Counted from the stretch's first letter, positions 1 to 10,038 are shown. The stretch is DNA of 64,000 nucleotides from Clostridia bacterium (GCA_024685775.1 JAIKVL010000038.1:39258-103257); one strand, 5' to 3'. A program made the numbers and translations. The notes: a model not told the origin generated them from the letters alone.

Positions 1-53
1 TATAAGCGAAAAATCTTTTTTCATACTAACGGCAAATTCAACGTGAGGTATTT

Positions 54-734
54 ATGAAAAAGATCGCGATTTTTCTTTTATTGGTCGCCGTTTTCGCTTT
101 CGTCCTCTTTCCGTTTTTTTCGGAATCCGAAAGTTCGGCGGAAGTTTTGAAAAACGGTTCCAAGGGAACGGCGGTGAAGACCGTCCAAACCAAACTTAAA
201 AACTGGGGGTATTACACGGGCTCGGTCGATGGGATCTACGGTCCGAAGACCGTCGCCGCCGTTAAGTATTTTCAGAGGGTGAACGGGCTTGCGCAGGATG
301 GGATCGTCGGCGCGAAGACCGCCGCGGCGATGGGGATCTCGCTCTCGTCGGGTTCGTCCTCTTCGGGCGGATCGACCTATTCTTCGAGCGATTCCTATCT
401 TCTCGCGAAGTGCATCTACGCCGAAGCGCGCGGAGAGCCGTACACGGGGCAGGTCGCGGTCGGCGCGGTGATCTTGAACCGCGTTCGTTCTTCGAAATTC
501 CCAAACAGCATTTCGGGGGTTATCTATCAGCCGTATGCGTTTACCTGCGTGGCGGACGGGCAGATCAACCTGACGCCGGACGCGAACGCCAAAAGGGCGG
601 CGCAGGACGCTTTGAACGGGTGGGACCCGACGAACGGTTGCCTGTACTACTACAACCCGTCGACCGCCACGAGCAGTTGGATTTGGTCGCGCCCCGTGAT
701 GCTCGCGATCGGCAAACATAATTTCGCGCTTTAA
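54..734 (+). CDS. sleB: spore cortex-lytic enzyme SleB (signal peptide, peptidoglycan-binding domain, SleB-type hydrolase domain)
   Basis: 226-aa ORF with a GAGG SD upstream. Hydrophobic N-terminal signal. PG_binding_1-like repeat GTAVKTVQTKLKNWGYYTGSVDGIYGPKT..GLAQDGIVG. C-terminal LLAKCIYAEARGEPYTGQVAVGAVILNRV..ISGVIYQPYAFTC is typical of SleB/CwlJ hydrolases. ypeB follows 9 nt downstream. Confidence 0.85.
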   Translation: MKKIAIFLLLVAVFAFVLFPFFSESESSAEVLKNGSKGTAVKTVQTKLKNWGYYTGSVDGIYGPKTVAAVKYFQRVNGLAQDGIVGAKTAAAMGISLSSGSSSSGGSTYSSSDSYLLAKCIYAEARGEPYTGQVAVGAVILNRVRSSKFPNSISGVIYQPYAFTCVADGQINLTPDANAKRAAQDALNGWDPTNGCLYYYNPSTATSSWIWSRPVMLAIGKHNFAL

Positions 735-743
735 GGTGGGAAT

Positions 744-2117
744 ATGGCACAAGGAACTTATAAAAATCGAAAATGGAAAGGGAAGGACGTCGCGGCGATC
801 GCGGTGATCGTTTGCCTGACCGCGGCGGCGGTGCTGTTCGCCTCGTTGTATGCTCTGTCTAAGTCAAAAGCCGAAGCGGAGAACTCCCGTTACAAGACGA
901 CGATGGAGAACGTCTATCGCAAAAGCTATTACGGACTCGTCTATAATACGGACGGGCTGGAAACGGCGGTCACGAAGCTTTCGGTCGCGCGGTCGAAAGC
1001 GATGAAGCAGGAATATTTGTCGGATATGACCGCCTATTCCACGGCTGCCGCGGAGAATATGGCGAACCTCTCGGAAAGGGGCGCGGACAATAGCGCGATC
1101 TTGAAATTCATCAACCAAACGGGAGATTTCGCGAAGTATCTCGATAACAAACTGAATAAGGGCGGCGACCTGACCGAAAAGGATAAAGAGACGATCGGCG
1201 AGATCGCGTCCGTCCTTCGCGAGATCAAGACTTCCCTGCAAAAAGTTTCGGGCGAGGTCGAAAAGGACGGCTTTTCCTTTTTGACCGCGATCGGTGAAAC
1301 GGAGGGCGGATTTTCGGGGATGGTCAAGTCGTTCGAGAACGAGGAGATCGACTATCCTTCGATGATCTACGACGGACCGTTCAGCGATTCGATGACGGAA
1401 AGGCGGGCGAAAGGTCTTACGGGGAAAGACGCGACCGAAAACGAAGCGATCGATAGGCTTTCCGAGCTTCTTCCGAACACGGAAATTTCAGAAATATCCG
1501 TGCATAACGGAAGTAAAAACGTTTTTGAAACCTTCGACTTCGAGCTTTCGACTTCGCGCGGAAAATGCTTCGTTACTCTCGCGAAAAAAGGCGCGTTCCC
1601 CGTCGCTTTCTCCTTTGCGGAAGAGCGCGCGAACGCTCCGACTCTGACCGCCGAGCGGGCGGAGCGCGCGGCGGAAGCATATGCGGAGAATATCGGGCTT
1701 TCCTCGATGAAAGCCGTTTGGGCAAGTAATTACGACGGCGATTATTACGTCAATCTCGCGTATGCGGAAAAGGGCGTGATTTTCTATCCCGACCTGATCA
1801 AAGTCAAGGTCAACGGCGAAACGGGAGAGATCGAAGGAATGGAGAGCCTGAACTATATTTTCAATCATACCGCCCGAGCCTCCTTCGAATCTCCGATTCC
1901 GCCGTCGGAGGCGGTTTCGTCGGTCAGCGAGGATCTCGATATTCAAAGCGTACGGCTCGCCGTTGTCCCGACCAAAGGGGACGGGGAAACGCTTGCTTAC
2001 GAGGTCTACGGGACGAAGGGAGAGGAGAAGTACTTCGTGTACGTCGGAGCAAGCTCGGGCGAAGAACTCAAAGTGATGAGAGTCGTGGACGGGGAGCGCG
2101 GTCTGTTGTTGCAATAA
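744..2117 (+). CDS. ypeB: germination protein YpeB (SleB partner, PepSY-domain protein)
   Basis: 457-aa ORF with N-terminal membrane anchor (VAAIAVIVCLTAAAVLFASLYAL). Contains the conserved YPSMIYDGPFSD motif and C-terminal PepSY-like repeats. Shows the canonical sleB-ypeB gene order. Confidence 0.8.
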   Translation: MAQGTYKNRKWKGKDVAAIAVIVCLTAAAVLFASLYALSKSKAEAENSRYKTTMENVYRKSYYGLVYNTDGLETAVTKLSVARSKAMKQEYLSDMTAYSTAAAENMANLSERGADNSAILKFINQTGDFAKYLDNKLNKGGDLTEKDKETIGEIASVLREIKTSLQKVSGEVEKDGFSFLTAIGETEGGFSGMVKSFENEEIDYPSMIYDGPFSDSMTERRAKGLTGKDATENEAIDRLSELLPNTEISEISVHNGSKNVFETFDFELSTSRGKCFVTLAKKGAFPVAFSFAEERANAPTLTAERAERAAEAYAENIGLSSMKAVWASNYDGDYYVNLAYAEKGVIFYPDLIKVKVNGETGEIEGMESLNYIFNHTARASFESPIPPSEAVSSVSEDLDIQSVRLAVVPTKGDGETLAYEVYGTKGEEKYFVYVGASSGEELKVMRVVDGERGLLLQ

Positions 2118-2175
2118 GCGGGCGCGTCCGATCGCCGAGACGCGTCCTGCCGGAGCTTCGGTTTTTATGCGTTTT

Positions 2176-2204
2176 ACCGCGCGGGGAGTCCCGCGCGGTT
2201 TTTC
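2176..2204 (+). terminator. rho-independent terminator after ypeB
   Basis: GC-rich hairpin ACCGCGCGGGGA GTC CCGCGCGGT followed by TTTTT. Confidence 0.6.
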
Positions 2205-2313
2205 GTCGCGCGCCAGAGCGAAGAATGTGCGGGGCGGCTGCCGATCGCTCGGATTTCCCCGATTTTTTTCGGCGTTTCCGCACATTTTTTTTATTTATAA
2301 TAAATAAAGATGA

Positions 2314-2343
2314 TTGACAATGCTCAAACGATAGTTTTATAAT
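2314..2343 (+). promoter_or_regulatory. sigma-A type promoter of PFOR gene
   Basis: TTGACA (2314-2319), 18-nt spacer, TATAAT (2338-2343), in an AT-rich intergenic region. The ATG at 2342 used by the ORF track lies inside the -10 box. Confidence 0.6.
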
Positions 2344-2386
2344 GTTCTTAATTTACTTTACAGTATCCATATTAAGGAGGTACGTT

Positions 2387-5300
2387 ATGAGTTTCAAACA
2401 AACTGTGGACGGTAACACCGCTGCGAGTCACGTTGCTTACGCATTTTCCGAAGTCGCCGCGATCTACCCGATTACTCCCTCTTCCCCGATGGCGGAAGTG
2501 GCGGACGAATGGTCTGCGCAAGGTCGCGTCAATATGTTCGGTCAAAAGTTGCGTCTCGCCGAGATGCAATCCGAAGGCGGCGCCGCCGGCGCTGTGCACG
2601 GCTCCTTGGTCGCCGGCGCTTTGACGACGACGTATACCGCGAGCCAAGGCTTGCTCCTCATGATCCCGAACATGTATAAGATCGCGGGCGAGCTCCTTCC
2701 GACCGTCTTCCACGTCAGCGCTCGCGCTCTTGCCGCGCACGCTCTGAACATCTTCGGCGATCACGCGGACGTTATGGCTTGCCGTCAGACGGGCTTTGCG
2801 ATGCTTGCTTCCAACTCCGTTCAGGAAGTTATGGACCTCGCTCTCGTCGCGCATTTGTCCACGCTCAAAGCGAAAGTTCCTTTCCTCCATTTCTTCGACG
2901 GTTTCCGCACCTCTCACGAAGTGTCCAAGATCGATATGATCGAATATGACGAGATGAAGACTCTCGTCGATATGAAAGACATCGAAGATTTCCGCGCTCG
3001 CGCCCTCAATCCGGAGCACCCGATCCAGCGCGGCACCGCGCAAAACGCGGATATTTACTTCCAAAACCGCGAAACCGCGAACAAGTACTACGAAGCGACC
3101 CCCGCGATCGTCCAAGAAATGATGGATAAAGTTTCCGCTCTTACCGGCAGAAGCTATCACTTGTTCGATTACGTCGGCGCGCCCGACGCGGAGAACGTCA
3201 TCGTCCTTATGGGCTCCGGTGCGGACGCGGTCGAAGAGACCATCAACAGAATGAACAAAGAAGGTCATAAAGTCGGCCTTTTGAAAGTCAGACTTTACAG
3301 ACCGTTCGCGGTCAAGGCGTTCCTTGCCGCGCTTCCGAAGAGCGTCAAGAAACTCGCCGTCCTCGATAGGACCAAAGAAGCCGGCTCGCTCGGCGAGCCC
3401 TTGTACCTCGACGTCTGCTCCGCGCTCCTCGAAAACGGCAGAGCGGATATCAAAGTCGTCGGCGGAAGATACGGCCTCGGCTCCAAAGAATTCAATCCTT
3501 CGATGGTCTTCGCGGTTTATAAGAACCTTGAACAAGCCGAACCGAAGAATCACTTCACCGTCGGTATTTACGACGATTTGACCCACACCTCTCTCGATTT
3601 CTCCGAGAAGTACGACGCGGCTCCCGCGGGAACGATCTCCTGCAAATTCTGGGGTCTCGGTTCGGACGGAACGGTCGGCGCGAATAAGAACAGCATCAAG
3701 ATCATCGGCGACCATACCGACAAGTTCGTCCAAGGTTACTTCTTTTACGACAGTAAGAAATCCGGCGGTATCACCGTTTCTCACTTGCGTTTCGGCGACA
3801 CGAAGATCCAATCCGCGTATTTGATCGACGCGGCGGACTTCGTCCAATGCTCGAACCCCTCCTACATCACCCGCTACAACATGACGGGCGATATCAAAGA
3901 GGGCGGCTCCTTCCTTCTCAATACCTCCGCTTTGACGGTCGAAGAGCTCGAACACGTCCTTCCCGCTTCCGTTAAGCGCGACATCGCGAAGAAGCACGTC
4001 AATCTGTACGTCATCGACGCGATCAAGATCGCTGCCGGTCTCGGACTCAAAGGCAGAACGAACACGATCCTTCAATCCGCTTTCTTCAAGATCGCGAACA
4101 TCATTCCTTACGATCAAGCGGTCGACTTTATGAAGAAAATGGCGTATAAGTCCTTCGCGAAGAAAGGCGACGCCGTCGTCAATATGAACTACGCGGCGAT
4201 CGACTCCGCGGAAGCGAACCTCGTCAAGATCGACGTTCCCGCTTCTTGGGCGGAAGCGACGACCGGCGCGGAAATGGCGAAGGTCGAAGGCAGCGACTAC
4301 TTTATGAACACCGTCGCTCCGATCATCGCGCAAGAAGGCGACAAGCTTCCTTCTTCGGCGTTCAACGCGGACGGCTCCGTCCCGACCGGCACGACGAAGT
4401 ACGAGAAACGCGGCGTCGCGGTCCTCGTCCCGAAGTGGAACGCGGAAAAATGTATCCAATGTAACCAATGTTCTTTCGTCTGCCCGCACGCTTGTATCCG
4501 CCCCGCGGTCGTGAAAGAAGATGCGGAAATGCCCGCTTCCTTCACCACCAAGGCGATGACCGGAAACAAGGGCTATGCGTTCCGTATGCAGGTTTCCCCG
4601 CTCGACTGTATGGGTTGCGGCGTTTGCGCGAATATCTGCCCCGTGAACGAAGGTGCGGATAAGAAGGCGATCGCTGCGGGTCAAAAAGCGGCGGCTCCCG
4701 CGGAGCGCGCGCTCAATATGGTTCCGCTCGGCTCCCTCGTGGACGATGAGACCGTCAACTACAAGTTCGCCGAAAACCTCCCCGCTGTGGACGTTTCCGC
4801 TTGCCCGGGTTGCAAAGAAACCACCGTTAAGGGCAGCCAGTTCAAACAACCGTACTTCGAGTTCTCCGGAGCTTGCGCGGGTTGCGGCGAAACTCCTTAC
4901 GTCAAAGTCATCACCCAAATGTTCGGCGACAGAATGATCGTCGCGAACGCGACGGGTTGCTCTTCGATCTACGGCGGCAGTGCTCCGACCTGCCCGTACA
5001 CGGTCAACAAAGAAGGCCACGGACCCGCTTGGGCAAACAGCCTCTTCGAGGATAACGCCGAGTTCGGTTACGGTATCAACCTCGCTTATGCGCAGCGCAG
5101 GGCGAAGCTCGCCGAGAAGATCGAAGCTTTGAAAGAAGCGGCGCAGAAAGAGGAAGTCAAGGCGGCGGCGCAAGAATGGCTCGACAACAGAAAGAGCGCG
5201 GAAGGCAGCAAAGCGGCTTCCGAGAAGCTCCTCTCGTTGATCTCGAAATGCACCGAAGAATGCGCTTGCTATCCGATCGTCAAAGAGATCCTCGCAGCGA

Positions 5301-5962
5301 AGGATTGCCTCGTTAAGAAGTCCATTTGGATCTTCGGCGGCGACGGCTGGGCGTACGATATCGGTTACGGCGGCTTGGATCACGTCCTCGCTTGCGGCGA
5401 AGACGTCAACGTCCTCGTCCTCGACACCGAGGTCTACTCCAACACCGGCGGTCAATCCAGTAAGTCCACCCCGACCGGATCCGTTGCGAAATTCGCCGCG
5501 GCGGGCAAGAGGACCAAGAAGAAGGACCTCGGTATGATGGCGATGAGCTACGGCTACGTCTACGTCGCACAATGCGCGATGGGCTCGAACAAACAGCAAT
5601 TCCTGAACGCGATCACCGAAGCGGAAGCTTACGACGGACCGTCCCTCGTCATCTGCTACGCGCCCTGTATCAACCACGGTATCAACATGGCGAATTCGCA
5701 GACCGAAGAGAAGAAAGCGGTCGATTGCGGCTACTGGCAGCTCTATCGTTACAACCCGACCTTGGCGGACGAAGGCAAGAACCCGTTCTCGCTCGACTCC
5801 AAAGATCCCACCGCGGATTATCAAGCCTTCCTTGCGGGTGAAACCAGATACGCGTCCTTGAAGAAGACGCAACCGCAAATTGCGGACGCGCTCTTCGCGA
5901 AGACCGAAGCGGATTCCAAAGCAAGGCTTGCCGGATATAAGAAACTCGCAGGCAAAGAATAA
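2387..5962 (+). CDS. nifJ: pyruvate:ferredoxin (flavodoxin) oxidoreductase, single-polypeptide PFOR
   Basis: 1191 aa counted from the ATG at 2387, which is preceded by AAGGAGG. Two ferredoxin-type cluster motifs, CIQCNQCSFVCPHAC and CMGCGVCANICP. TPP-binding region GGDGWAYDIGYGGLDH. Length and domain order are typical of NifJ/PFOR. Confidence 0.95.
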   Translation: MSFKQTVDGNTAASHVAYAFSEVAAIYPITPSSPMAEVADEWSAQGRVNMFGQKLRLAEMQSEGGAAGAVHGSLVAGALTTTYTASQGLLLMIPNMYKIAGELLPTVFHVSARALAAHALNIFGDHADVMACRQTGFAMLASNSVQEVMDLALVAHLSTLKAKVPFLHFFDGFRTSHEVSKIDMIEYDEMKTLVDMKDIEDFRARALNPEHPIQRGTAQNADIYFQNRETANKYYEATPAIVQEMMDKVSALTGRSYHLFDYVGAPDAENVIVLMGSGADAVEETINRMNKEGHKVGLLKVRLYRPFAVKAFLAALPKSVKKLAVLDRTKEAGSLGEPLYLDVCSALLENGRADIKVVGGRYGLGSKEFNPSMVFAVYKNLEQAEPKNHFTVGIYDDLTHTSLDFSEKYDAAPAGTISCKFWGLGSDGTVGANKNSIKIIGDHTDKFVQGYFFYDSKKSGGITVSHLRFGDTKIQSAYLIDAADFVQCSNPSYITRYNMTGDIKEGGSFLLNTSALTVEELEHVLPASVKRDIAKKHVNLYVIDAIKIAAGLGLKGRTNTILQSAFFKIANIIPYDQAVDFMKKMAYKSFAKKGDAVVNMNYAAIDSAEANLVKIDVPASWAEATTGAEMAKVEGSDYFMNTVAPIIAQEGDKLPSSAFNADGSVPTGTTKYEKRGVAVLVPKWNAEKCIQCNQCSFVCPHACIRPAVVKEDAEMPASFTTKAMTGNKGYAFRMQVSPLDCMGCGVCANICPVNEGADKKAIAAGQKAAAPAERALNMVPLGSLVDDETVNYKFAENLPAVDVSACPGCKETTVKGSQFKQPYFEFSGACAGCGETPYVKVITQMFGDRMIVANATGCSSIYGGSAPTCPYTVNKEGHGPAWANSLFEDNAEFGYGINLAYAQRRAKLAEKIEALKEAAQKEEVKAAAQEWLDNRKSAEGSKAASEKLLSLISKCTEECACYPIVKEILAAKDCLVKKSIWIFGGDGWAYDIGYGGLDHVLACGEDVNVLVLDTEVYSNTGGQSSKSTPTGSVAKFAAAGKRTKKKDLGMMAMSYGYVYVAQCAMGSNKQQFLNAITEAEAYDGPSLVICYAPCINHGINMANSQTEEKKAVDCGYWQLYRYNPTLADEGKNPFSLDSKDPTADYQAFLAGETRYASLKKTQPQIADALFAKTEADSKARLAGYKKLAGKE

Positions 5963-5984
5963 GCCTGAGGTTGCTTAGAAAGCG

Positions 5985-6012
5985 AGGGGAGCGCCGGGAA
6001 CGGGGCTCCCCT
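5985..6012 (+). terminator. possible terminator hairpin after PFOR
   Basis: AGGGGAGC..GCTCCCCT stem, but only a weak T tract follows. Confidence 0.35.
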
Positions 6013-6067
6013 TATAGTGTATAAACGACGAAACGCGATTTCCGTCGCGTTTCGGGGAATAAAGAAA

Positions 6068-6901
6068 ATGCCCGTAAAATTTCAAAACGTCAGTTACGAA
6101 TATCCCGCCGAAGAGGACGCGCTCCTCGCGGTCAAGAATGTCAGCTTGGAAATAGCCGACGGAACTTTCGTCTGCGTTTGCGGCGAGAACGGGAGCGGGA
6201 AAAGCACGCTCGCCAAGCTGATGAACGGGCTTTTGATCCCCTCGGAAGGGGAAGTTACGGTGGACGGCGACAGCACGAACACGACGGACGAAACCGCTCT
6301 TTTCGCGATCCGCAGTAAGGTCGGAATGGTCTTTCAGAACCCCGACAATCAAATGGTCGCGTCTATTATCGAAGACGAGATCGCGTTCGGCCCCGAGAAC
6401 CTCGGCGTTCCGCGCGAGGAGATCGAAGAGCGCATAACCTACGCGCTCGATGCGGTCGGAATGACGGCGCACAGGCATCACACGCCCTATAAACTTTCGG
6501 GCGGGCAGAAACAGCGCGTCGCGATCGCCGCAGTCCTTGCGATGCGCCCGAAGATCCTCGTCCTCGACGAATCGACGGCGATGCTCGATCCGAAGGGCAG
6601 GACGGAAGTCTTGTCCGTCGCGCACGAACTCAATCGGCAAGGGATCACCGTCGTCCTGATCACTCACTTTATGGAAGAAGCGGTCAAAGCGGACCGCGTC
6701 ATCGTTATGAAAGGCGGTTCCGTCGTGATGGACGGAGCGCCTTCGGAAGTCTTTCGCGACGCGGAAAAGATCAAGTCGTTCGATCTCGAACTGCCCGTCC
6801 CCGATTACGTCGCGTCCGAACTTAGAAAGAAGGGCTTTTCTCTCCCCTCCGCGATCTACGGGGAAGAGACCTTAGCGGAGGCGATATGTCAATCTCTGTA
6901 A
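6068..6901 (+). CDS. ecfA1: energy-coupling factor transporter ATPase EcfA1
   Basis: Walker A GENGSGKST, signature [12 protein letters not shown], Walker B ILVLDEST. Start moved to MPVKFQNVSYEY (ATG 6068). Overlaps the next ATPase gene. Confidence 0.9.
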   Translation: MPVKFQNVSYEYPAEEDALLAVKNVSLEIADGTFVCVCGENGSGKSTLAKLMNGLLIPSEGEVTVDGDSTNTTDETALFAIRSKVGMVFQNPDNQMVASIIEDEIAFGPENLGVPREEIEERITYALDAVGMTAHRHHTPYKLSGGQKQRVAIAAVLAMRPKILVLDESTAMLDPKGRTEVLSVAHELNRQGITVVLITHFMEEAVKADRVIVMKGGSVVMDGAPSEVFRDAEKIKSFDLELPVPDYVASELRKKGFSLPSAIYGEETLAEAICQSL

Positions 6902-7743
6902 GAAATCTGTCATACGTCTATTCTCAGGGAACGCCCTATGCTTCCTCCGCTCTCCAAGGCGTCGACCTCGAAATCACCGAGGGCGAATATCTTGCGATCA
7001 TCGGCAAGACCGGTAGCGGAAAATCGACTTTTATTCAGCACTTAAACGCCTTGATCAAACTGCAAAACGGCGAGATCAAGGTCTTTGATATCGACCTTTC
7101 CGCGAAGAAACCCGACCTGAAAAAACTCAGGGGAACGATCGGAATGGTCATGCAATACCCCGAATACCAACTCTTTGACGAAACCGTCGAAAAGGACGTC
7201 GGCTACGGACCGAAAAACCTCGGTCTTTCGGACGAGGAGATCCAAACGCGCGTTCAAGAAGCGATCACCCTCGTCGGACTCGATTACGACGAGATCCGCG
7301 ATCGTTCTCCGTTCGAGCTTTCGGGCGGGCAGAAACGGCGCGTCGCGATCGCGGGCGTCATCGCGATGAAACCTCGCGTCTTGATCCTCGACGAGCCTAC
7401 GGCGGGGCTGGATCCCGTCGGAAAGCGGGAAATCCTTTCTTTGATCCGCAAACTCAAAGAGACGACCTCTCCGACCGTCATCATCGTTTCTCACGATATG
7501 GAAGCGGTTTCGGAGAATTGCGATCGCGTCGCGGTCTTTTCGGGCGGCAGAATTCTGAAAACGGGTTCTCCCCGCGAGATCTTTTACGATGAGGAAACTT
7601 TGATCGACGCCGAGATGGACGTCCCGTCCGTCGTCAAGATCGTAAAAGCGCTCGAACGGCGCGGCGTCACCCTTTCGGAAAAGCCCGTCAAAAAGAGCGA
7701 ACTGATCGAAGCGCTTGCGAAGCGGAGGGCGAGAAATGAATAA
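6886..7743 (+). CDS. ecfA2: energy-coupling factor transporter ATPase EcfA2
   Basis: Walker A GKTGSGKST, signature LSGGQKRRVAIA, Walker B VLILDEPT. Gene order is ecfA1-ecfA2-ecfT. Confidence 0.9.
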   Translation: MSISVRNLSYVYSQGTPYASSALQGVDLEITEGEYLAIIGKTGSGKSTFIQHLNALIKLQNGEIKVFDIDLSAKKPDLKKLRGTIGMVMQYPEYQLFDETVEKDVGYGPKNLGLSDEEIQTRVQEAITLVGLDYDEIRDRSPFELSGGQKRRVAIAGVIAMKPRVLILDEPTAGLDPVGKREILSLIRKLKETTSPTVIIVSHDMEAVSENCDRVAVFSGGRILKTGSPREIFYDEETLIDAEMDVPSVVKIVKALERRGVTLSEKPVKKSELIEALAKRRARNE

Positions 7744-8572
7744 TATCGTTTTCGGACAATATTATCCGACGGAATCCGTCGTCCATAAGCTGGATCCCCG
7801 CGTAAAGCTTCTTCTCGTGATCGCGTATATCATCACGATCTTTTTCTGCGAAGATTACGCGATGTACGGCGCGCTGTTCCTTTTTATCGTCGGGATCGCG
7901 CTTCTTTCCAAAATCCCTTTGAAAATTCTTTTCCGCACCGTTCGGACGGTCGTTCTTTTGGTCTTGATCACGTCCGTTATCAACTTGTTCTTTACGAAAG
8001 GGGAGAACCTTTTGTGGGGGTGGAAATTCATAAAAATCTATTCGGAAGGCGTGGAACGCGCGATCAAACTCGCGCTGAGGCTGATCCTTTTGATGCTGTT
8101 CCCCGCGCTTTTGACGCTGACGACGACGCCGATGGAACTCACCGACGCGATCGAGAGTCTGCTCGCTCCCTTGAAACTCATCAAAGTTCCCGTGCACGCG
8201 CTCGCGCTCATTATGAGTATCGCGCTCCGTATGATCCCGATCCTCGTCGAGGAGACGGATAAGATTATGCTCGCGCAAAAGGCGCGCGGCGCTTCGTTCG
8301 ACACGGGCGGGGCTTTTCAAAAAGCCAAAGCGATGATCCCCGTCCTCGTGCCGCTGTTCGTCGGCGCGTTCCGCAGGGCGGATGAACTCGCGCTCGCGAT
8401 GGACGCGCGCTGTTACAGCTCGGTCGCGAAGCGGACGAAATATCGCGTGATGAAATTGCATATCCGCGACGCGGTCGCGGCGATCCTTTGCCTTTCCGTC
8501 TTCGCGCTCGTCTTTTTGAATAAATATCTTTTGCCTTTCGATTCTTGGATCGTCGGGCTTTTCCGCCGTTGA
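7736..8572 (+). CDS. ecfT: energy-coupling factor transporter transmembrane subunit EcfT
   Basis: Polytopic membrane protein beginning MNNIVFGQYYPTESVVHKLDPRVK (typical EcfT/CbiQ N-terminus). Contains the conserved AQKARGA motif. Start set at ATG 7736, overlapping the ecfA2 stop. Confidence 0.85.
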   Translation: MNNIVFGQYYPTESVVHKLDPRVKLLLVIAYIITIFFCEDYAMYGALFLFIVGIALLSKIPLKILFRTVRTVVLLVLITSVINLFFTKGENLLWGWKFIKIYSEGVERAIKLALRLILLMLFPALLTLTTTPMELTDAIESLLAPLKLIKVPVHALALIMSIALRMIPILVEETDKIMLAQKARGASFDTGGAFQKAKAMIPVLVPLFVGAFRRADELALAMDARCYSSVAKRTKYRVMKLHIRDAVAAILCLSVFALVFLNKYLLPFDSWIVGLFRR

Positions 8573-8573
8573 T

Positions 8574-9338
8574 ATGAGAGTTTTGCTTCGCGTGGAGTAT
8601 AACGGCAGCAAGTATTGCGGCTGGCAACGGCAGAAGAACGGGCTTTCGGTTCAGGCGGTTTTGGCAAAAGCCGTCTTCGAAGTCACGGGGGAGAACGCCG
8701 TGATGCACGGCAGCGGCAGGACGGACGCCGGGGTCCACGCGATCGCGCAAGCCGTCCATTTCGACACGGCGACGAAGATCCCGCTCGAAAAACTCCCGAT
8801 CGCTTTGAACGCGCATCTTCCGAAAAGCGTCCGTGTAAAATCCGCGCGCGAGGTGGAGAAGGATTTCAACGCGCGTTTCAACGCTCTTTCCAAAACGTAT
8901 TTATATCGTCTCGTTTGTTCGCCCGTAAGCAGTCCTTTGCGGGAAGATTTCGCCGCGTTCGTCCCCAAAAAACCGAACGTCGAGGAGATGCGCCGCGCCG
9001 CGGCTTTTCTTATCGGGGAGCACGATTTCAAATGCTTTCAGGCGGCGGGCGGTCACGTCAAAACGACCGTTCGGACGATCTATTCCTTTACGATCGAAGA
9101 AATGGGCGACGAGATCCGATTCGAAGTCACCGGAAACGGGTTTTTATATAATATGGTCCGTATTATGGTCGGAACTCTTTATTACGTCGGGATCGGGAAG
9201 CTCAAAGCGGAGGAGATCCCCGAGATCATCGCTTCCCTCGATCGCACCCGCGCAGGCAAAACGATGCCGCCCGAGGGCTTGTATCTGAAAGCCGTCCGTT
9301 ATGCGTTCGACGAAGCGGACGAACCGAAAAACGAGTGA
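8574..9338 (+). CDS. truA: tRNA pseudouridine(38-40) synthase TruA
   Basis: N-terminus RVEYNGSKYCGWQRQ and catalytic-Asp motif GSGRTDAGVHA. The ecfAAT-truA arrangement is common in Firmicutes. Confidence 0.9.
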   Translation: MRVLLRVEYNGSKYCGWQRQKNGLSVQAVLAKAVFEVTGENAVMHGSGRTDAGVHAIAQAVHFDTATKIPLEKLPIALNAHLPKSVRVKSAREVEKDFNARFNALSKTYLYRLVCSPVSSPLREDFAAFVPKKPNVEEMRRAAAFLIGEHDFKCFQAAGGHVKTTVRTIYSFTIEEMGDEIRFEVTGNGFLYNMVRIMVGTLYYVGIGKLKAEEIPEIIASLDRTRAGKTMPPEGLYLKAVRYAFDEADEPKNE

Positions 9339-9343
9339 CCGTA

Positions 9344-9373
9344 TTGACAAAAATCGACGAAACGCGCTACAAT
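9344..9373 (+). promoter_or_regulatory. sigma-A type promoter of mscL
   Basis: TTGACA (9344-9349), 18-nt spacer, TACAAT (9368-9373). Confidence 0.55.
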
Positions 9374-9420
9374 AAAAAAGAACAATTCGCGCGTTGATCG
9401 CGATAAAAGGGAGGATTGCT

Positions 9421-9981
9421 ATGAAGAAACTTATCAAAGAATTCAAAGAGTTTATCAGTCGCGGCAACGTTATGGATCTTGCCGTCGGCATGATCATCGG
9501 AGCGGCGTTCACCGCGATCATTACGGCTGTCGTAAACGGCATTTTGAAACCGCTTATCAACCTGATCCCGATCAGCGAGACGGGCTTACAGACCATTCTT
9601 CGTCACGCTGTCGTGGACGCGGAAGGAAACGTCCTGACCGAAGCGTTGGTCCTCGATTGGGGCGCCGTCATTTCCGCGATCATTACGTTCCTTTTGACCG
9701 CGCTCGTCCTGTTTATCATCATCAAGGCGTACAATAAGGCGCAAGCGGGTCTCGGAAAAGTCAAAAAAGGATTCCTCGTCCTTATAAAACCCGAAGTCCG
9801 CGCGCTCCGCAGAGAAGGCAAGAGCTGGGCGGAGATCCGCGAGATCGACCAAAAGCTCGCCGCGGAGAAGAAAGCCGAAGAAGAGAAGGCGGCGGCGGAA
9901 GCGGCTGCCGAAGCCAAAGCGAATTCCACCGAAGGTCTTTTGGCGGAAATTCGGGACCTTTTGAAGGAAAAGAAAAACTGA
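9421..9981 (+). CDS. mscL: large-conductance mechanosensitive channel MscL (long loop and charged Ala/Glu/Lys C-terminal tail)
   Basis: Canonical N-terminus MKKLIKEFKEFISRGNVMDLAVGMIIGAAFTAI starting at ATG 9421. Two TM helices. 186 aa, which is longer than typical MscL. Confidence 0.85.
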   Translation: MKKLIKEFKEFISRGNVMDLAVGMIIGAAFTAIITAVVNGILKPLINLIPISETGLQTILRHAVVDAEGNVLTEALVLDWGAVISAIITFLLTALVLFIIIKAYNKAQAGLGKVKKGFLVLIKPEVRALRREGKSWAEIREIDQKLAAEKKAEEEKAAAEAAAEAKANSTEGLLAEIRDLLKEKKN

Positions 9982-10010
9982 TCTCAAATCAAAAAGAAAA
10001 ACAAAAAAAG

Positions 10011-10038
10011 AGAGCGGAGCGATCCGCTCTTTTTTTTT
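10011..10038 (+). terminator. rho-independent terminator after mscL
   Basis: AGAGCGGA GCGA TCCGCTCT followed by T8. Confidence 0.8.

Noticed and set aside
1-53. Possible forespore (sigma-G type) promoter, CATACTA at 22-28, upstream of sleB
   Set aside because: The -35 region would lie at or beyond the window edge, and the -10 match alone is too weak to call.
2342-2386. Upstream start codons offered by the ORF track for PFOR and, similarly, for ecfA1 (6017), ecfT (7715), mscL (9394), the LUD gene (16155), 18420, 19233, fumC (29605), iorB (39388), paaK2 (40027), 41771, 42490, 49985 and 55297
   Set aside because: The extensions lack SD sequences, overlap promoters or upstream genes, and add non-conserved residues ahead of canonical family N-termini. 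Internal ATGs with good SDs were chosen instead.
2372-5878. 1168-aa minus-strand ORF covering the whole PFOR gene
   Set aside because: It is antisense to a gene with unmistakable PFOR motifs. Its translation is low-complexity (Arg/Asp/Glu/Val/Phe-rich) with no recognisable domain, and it has no start context. It is a shadow ORF produced by the codon bias of the + strand gene.
7688-8816. Minus-strand ORFs 7688-8611 and 8265-8816 over ecfT and truA; likewise 49793-50866, 51812-52639 and the + strand ORF 52759-53406
   Set aside because: All are antisense to well-supported genes (ecfT, truA, the ABC transporter genes, the GGDEF gene) and have Arg/Asp-rich low-complexity translations.
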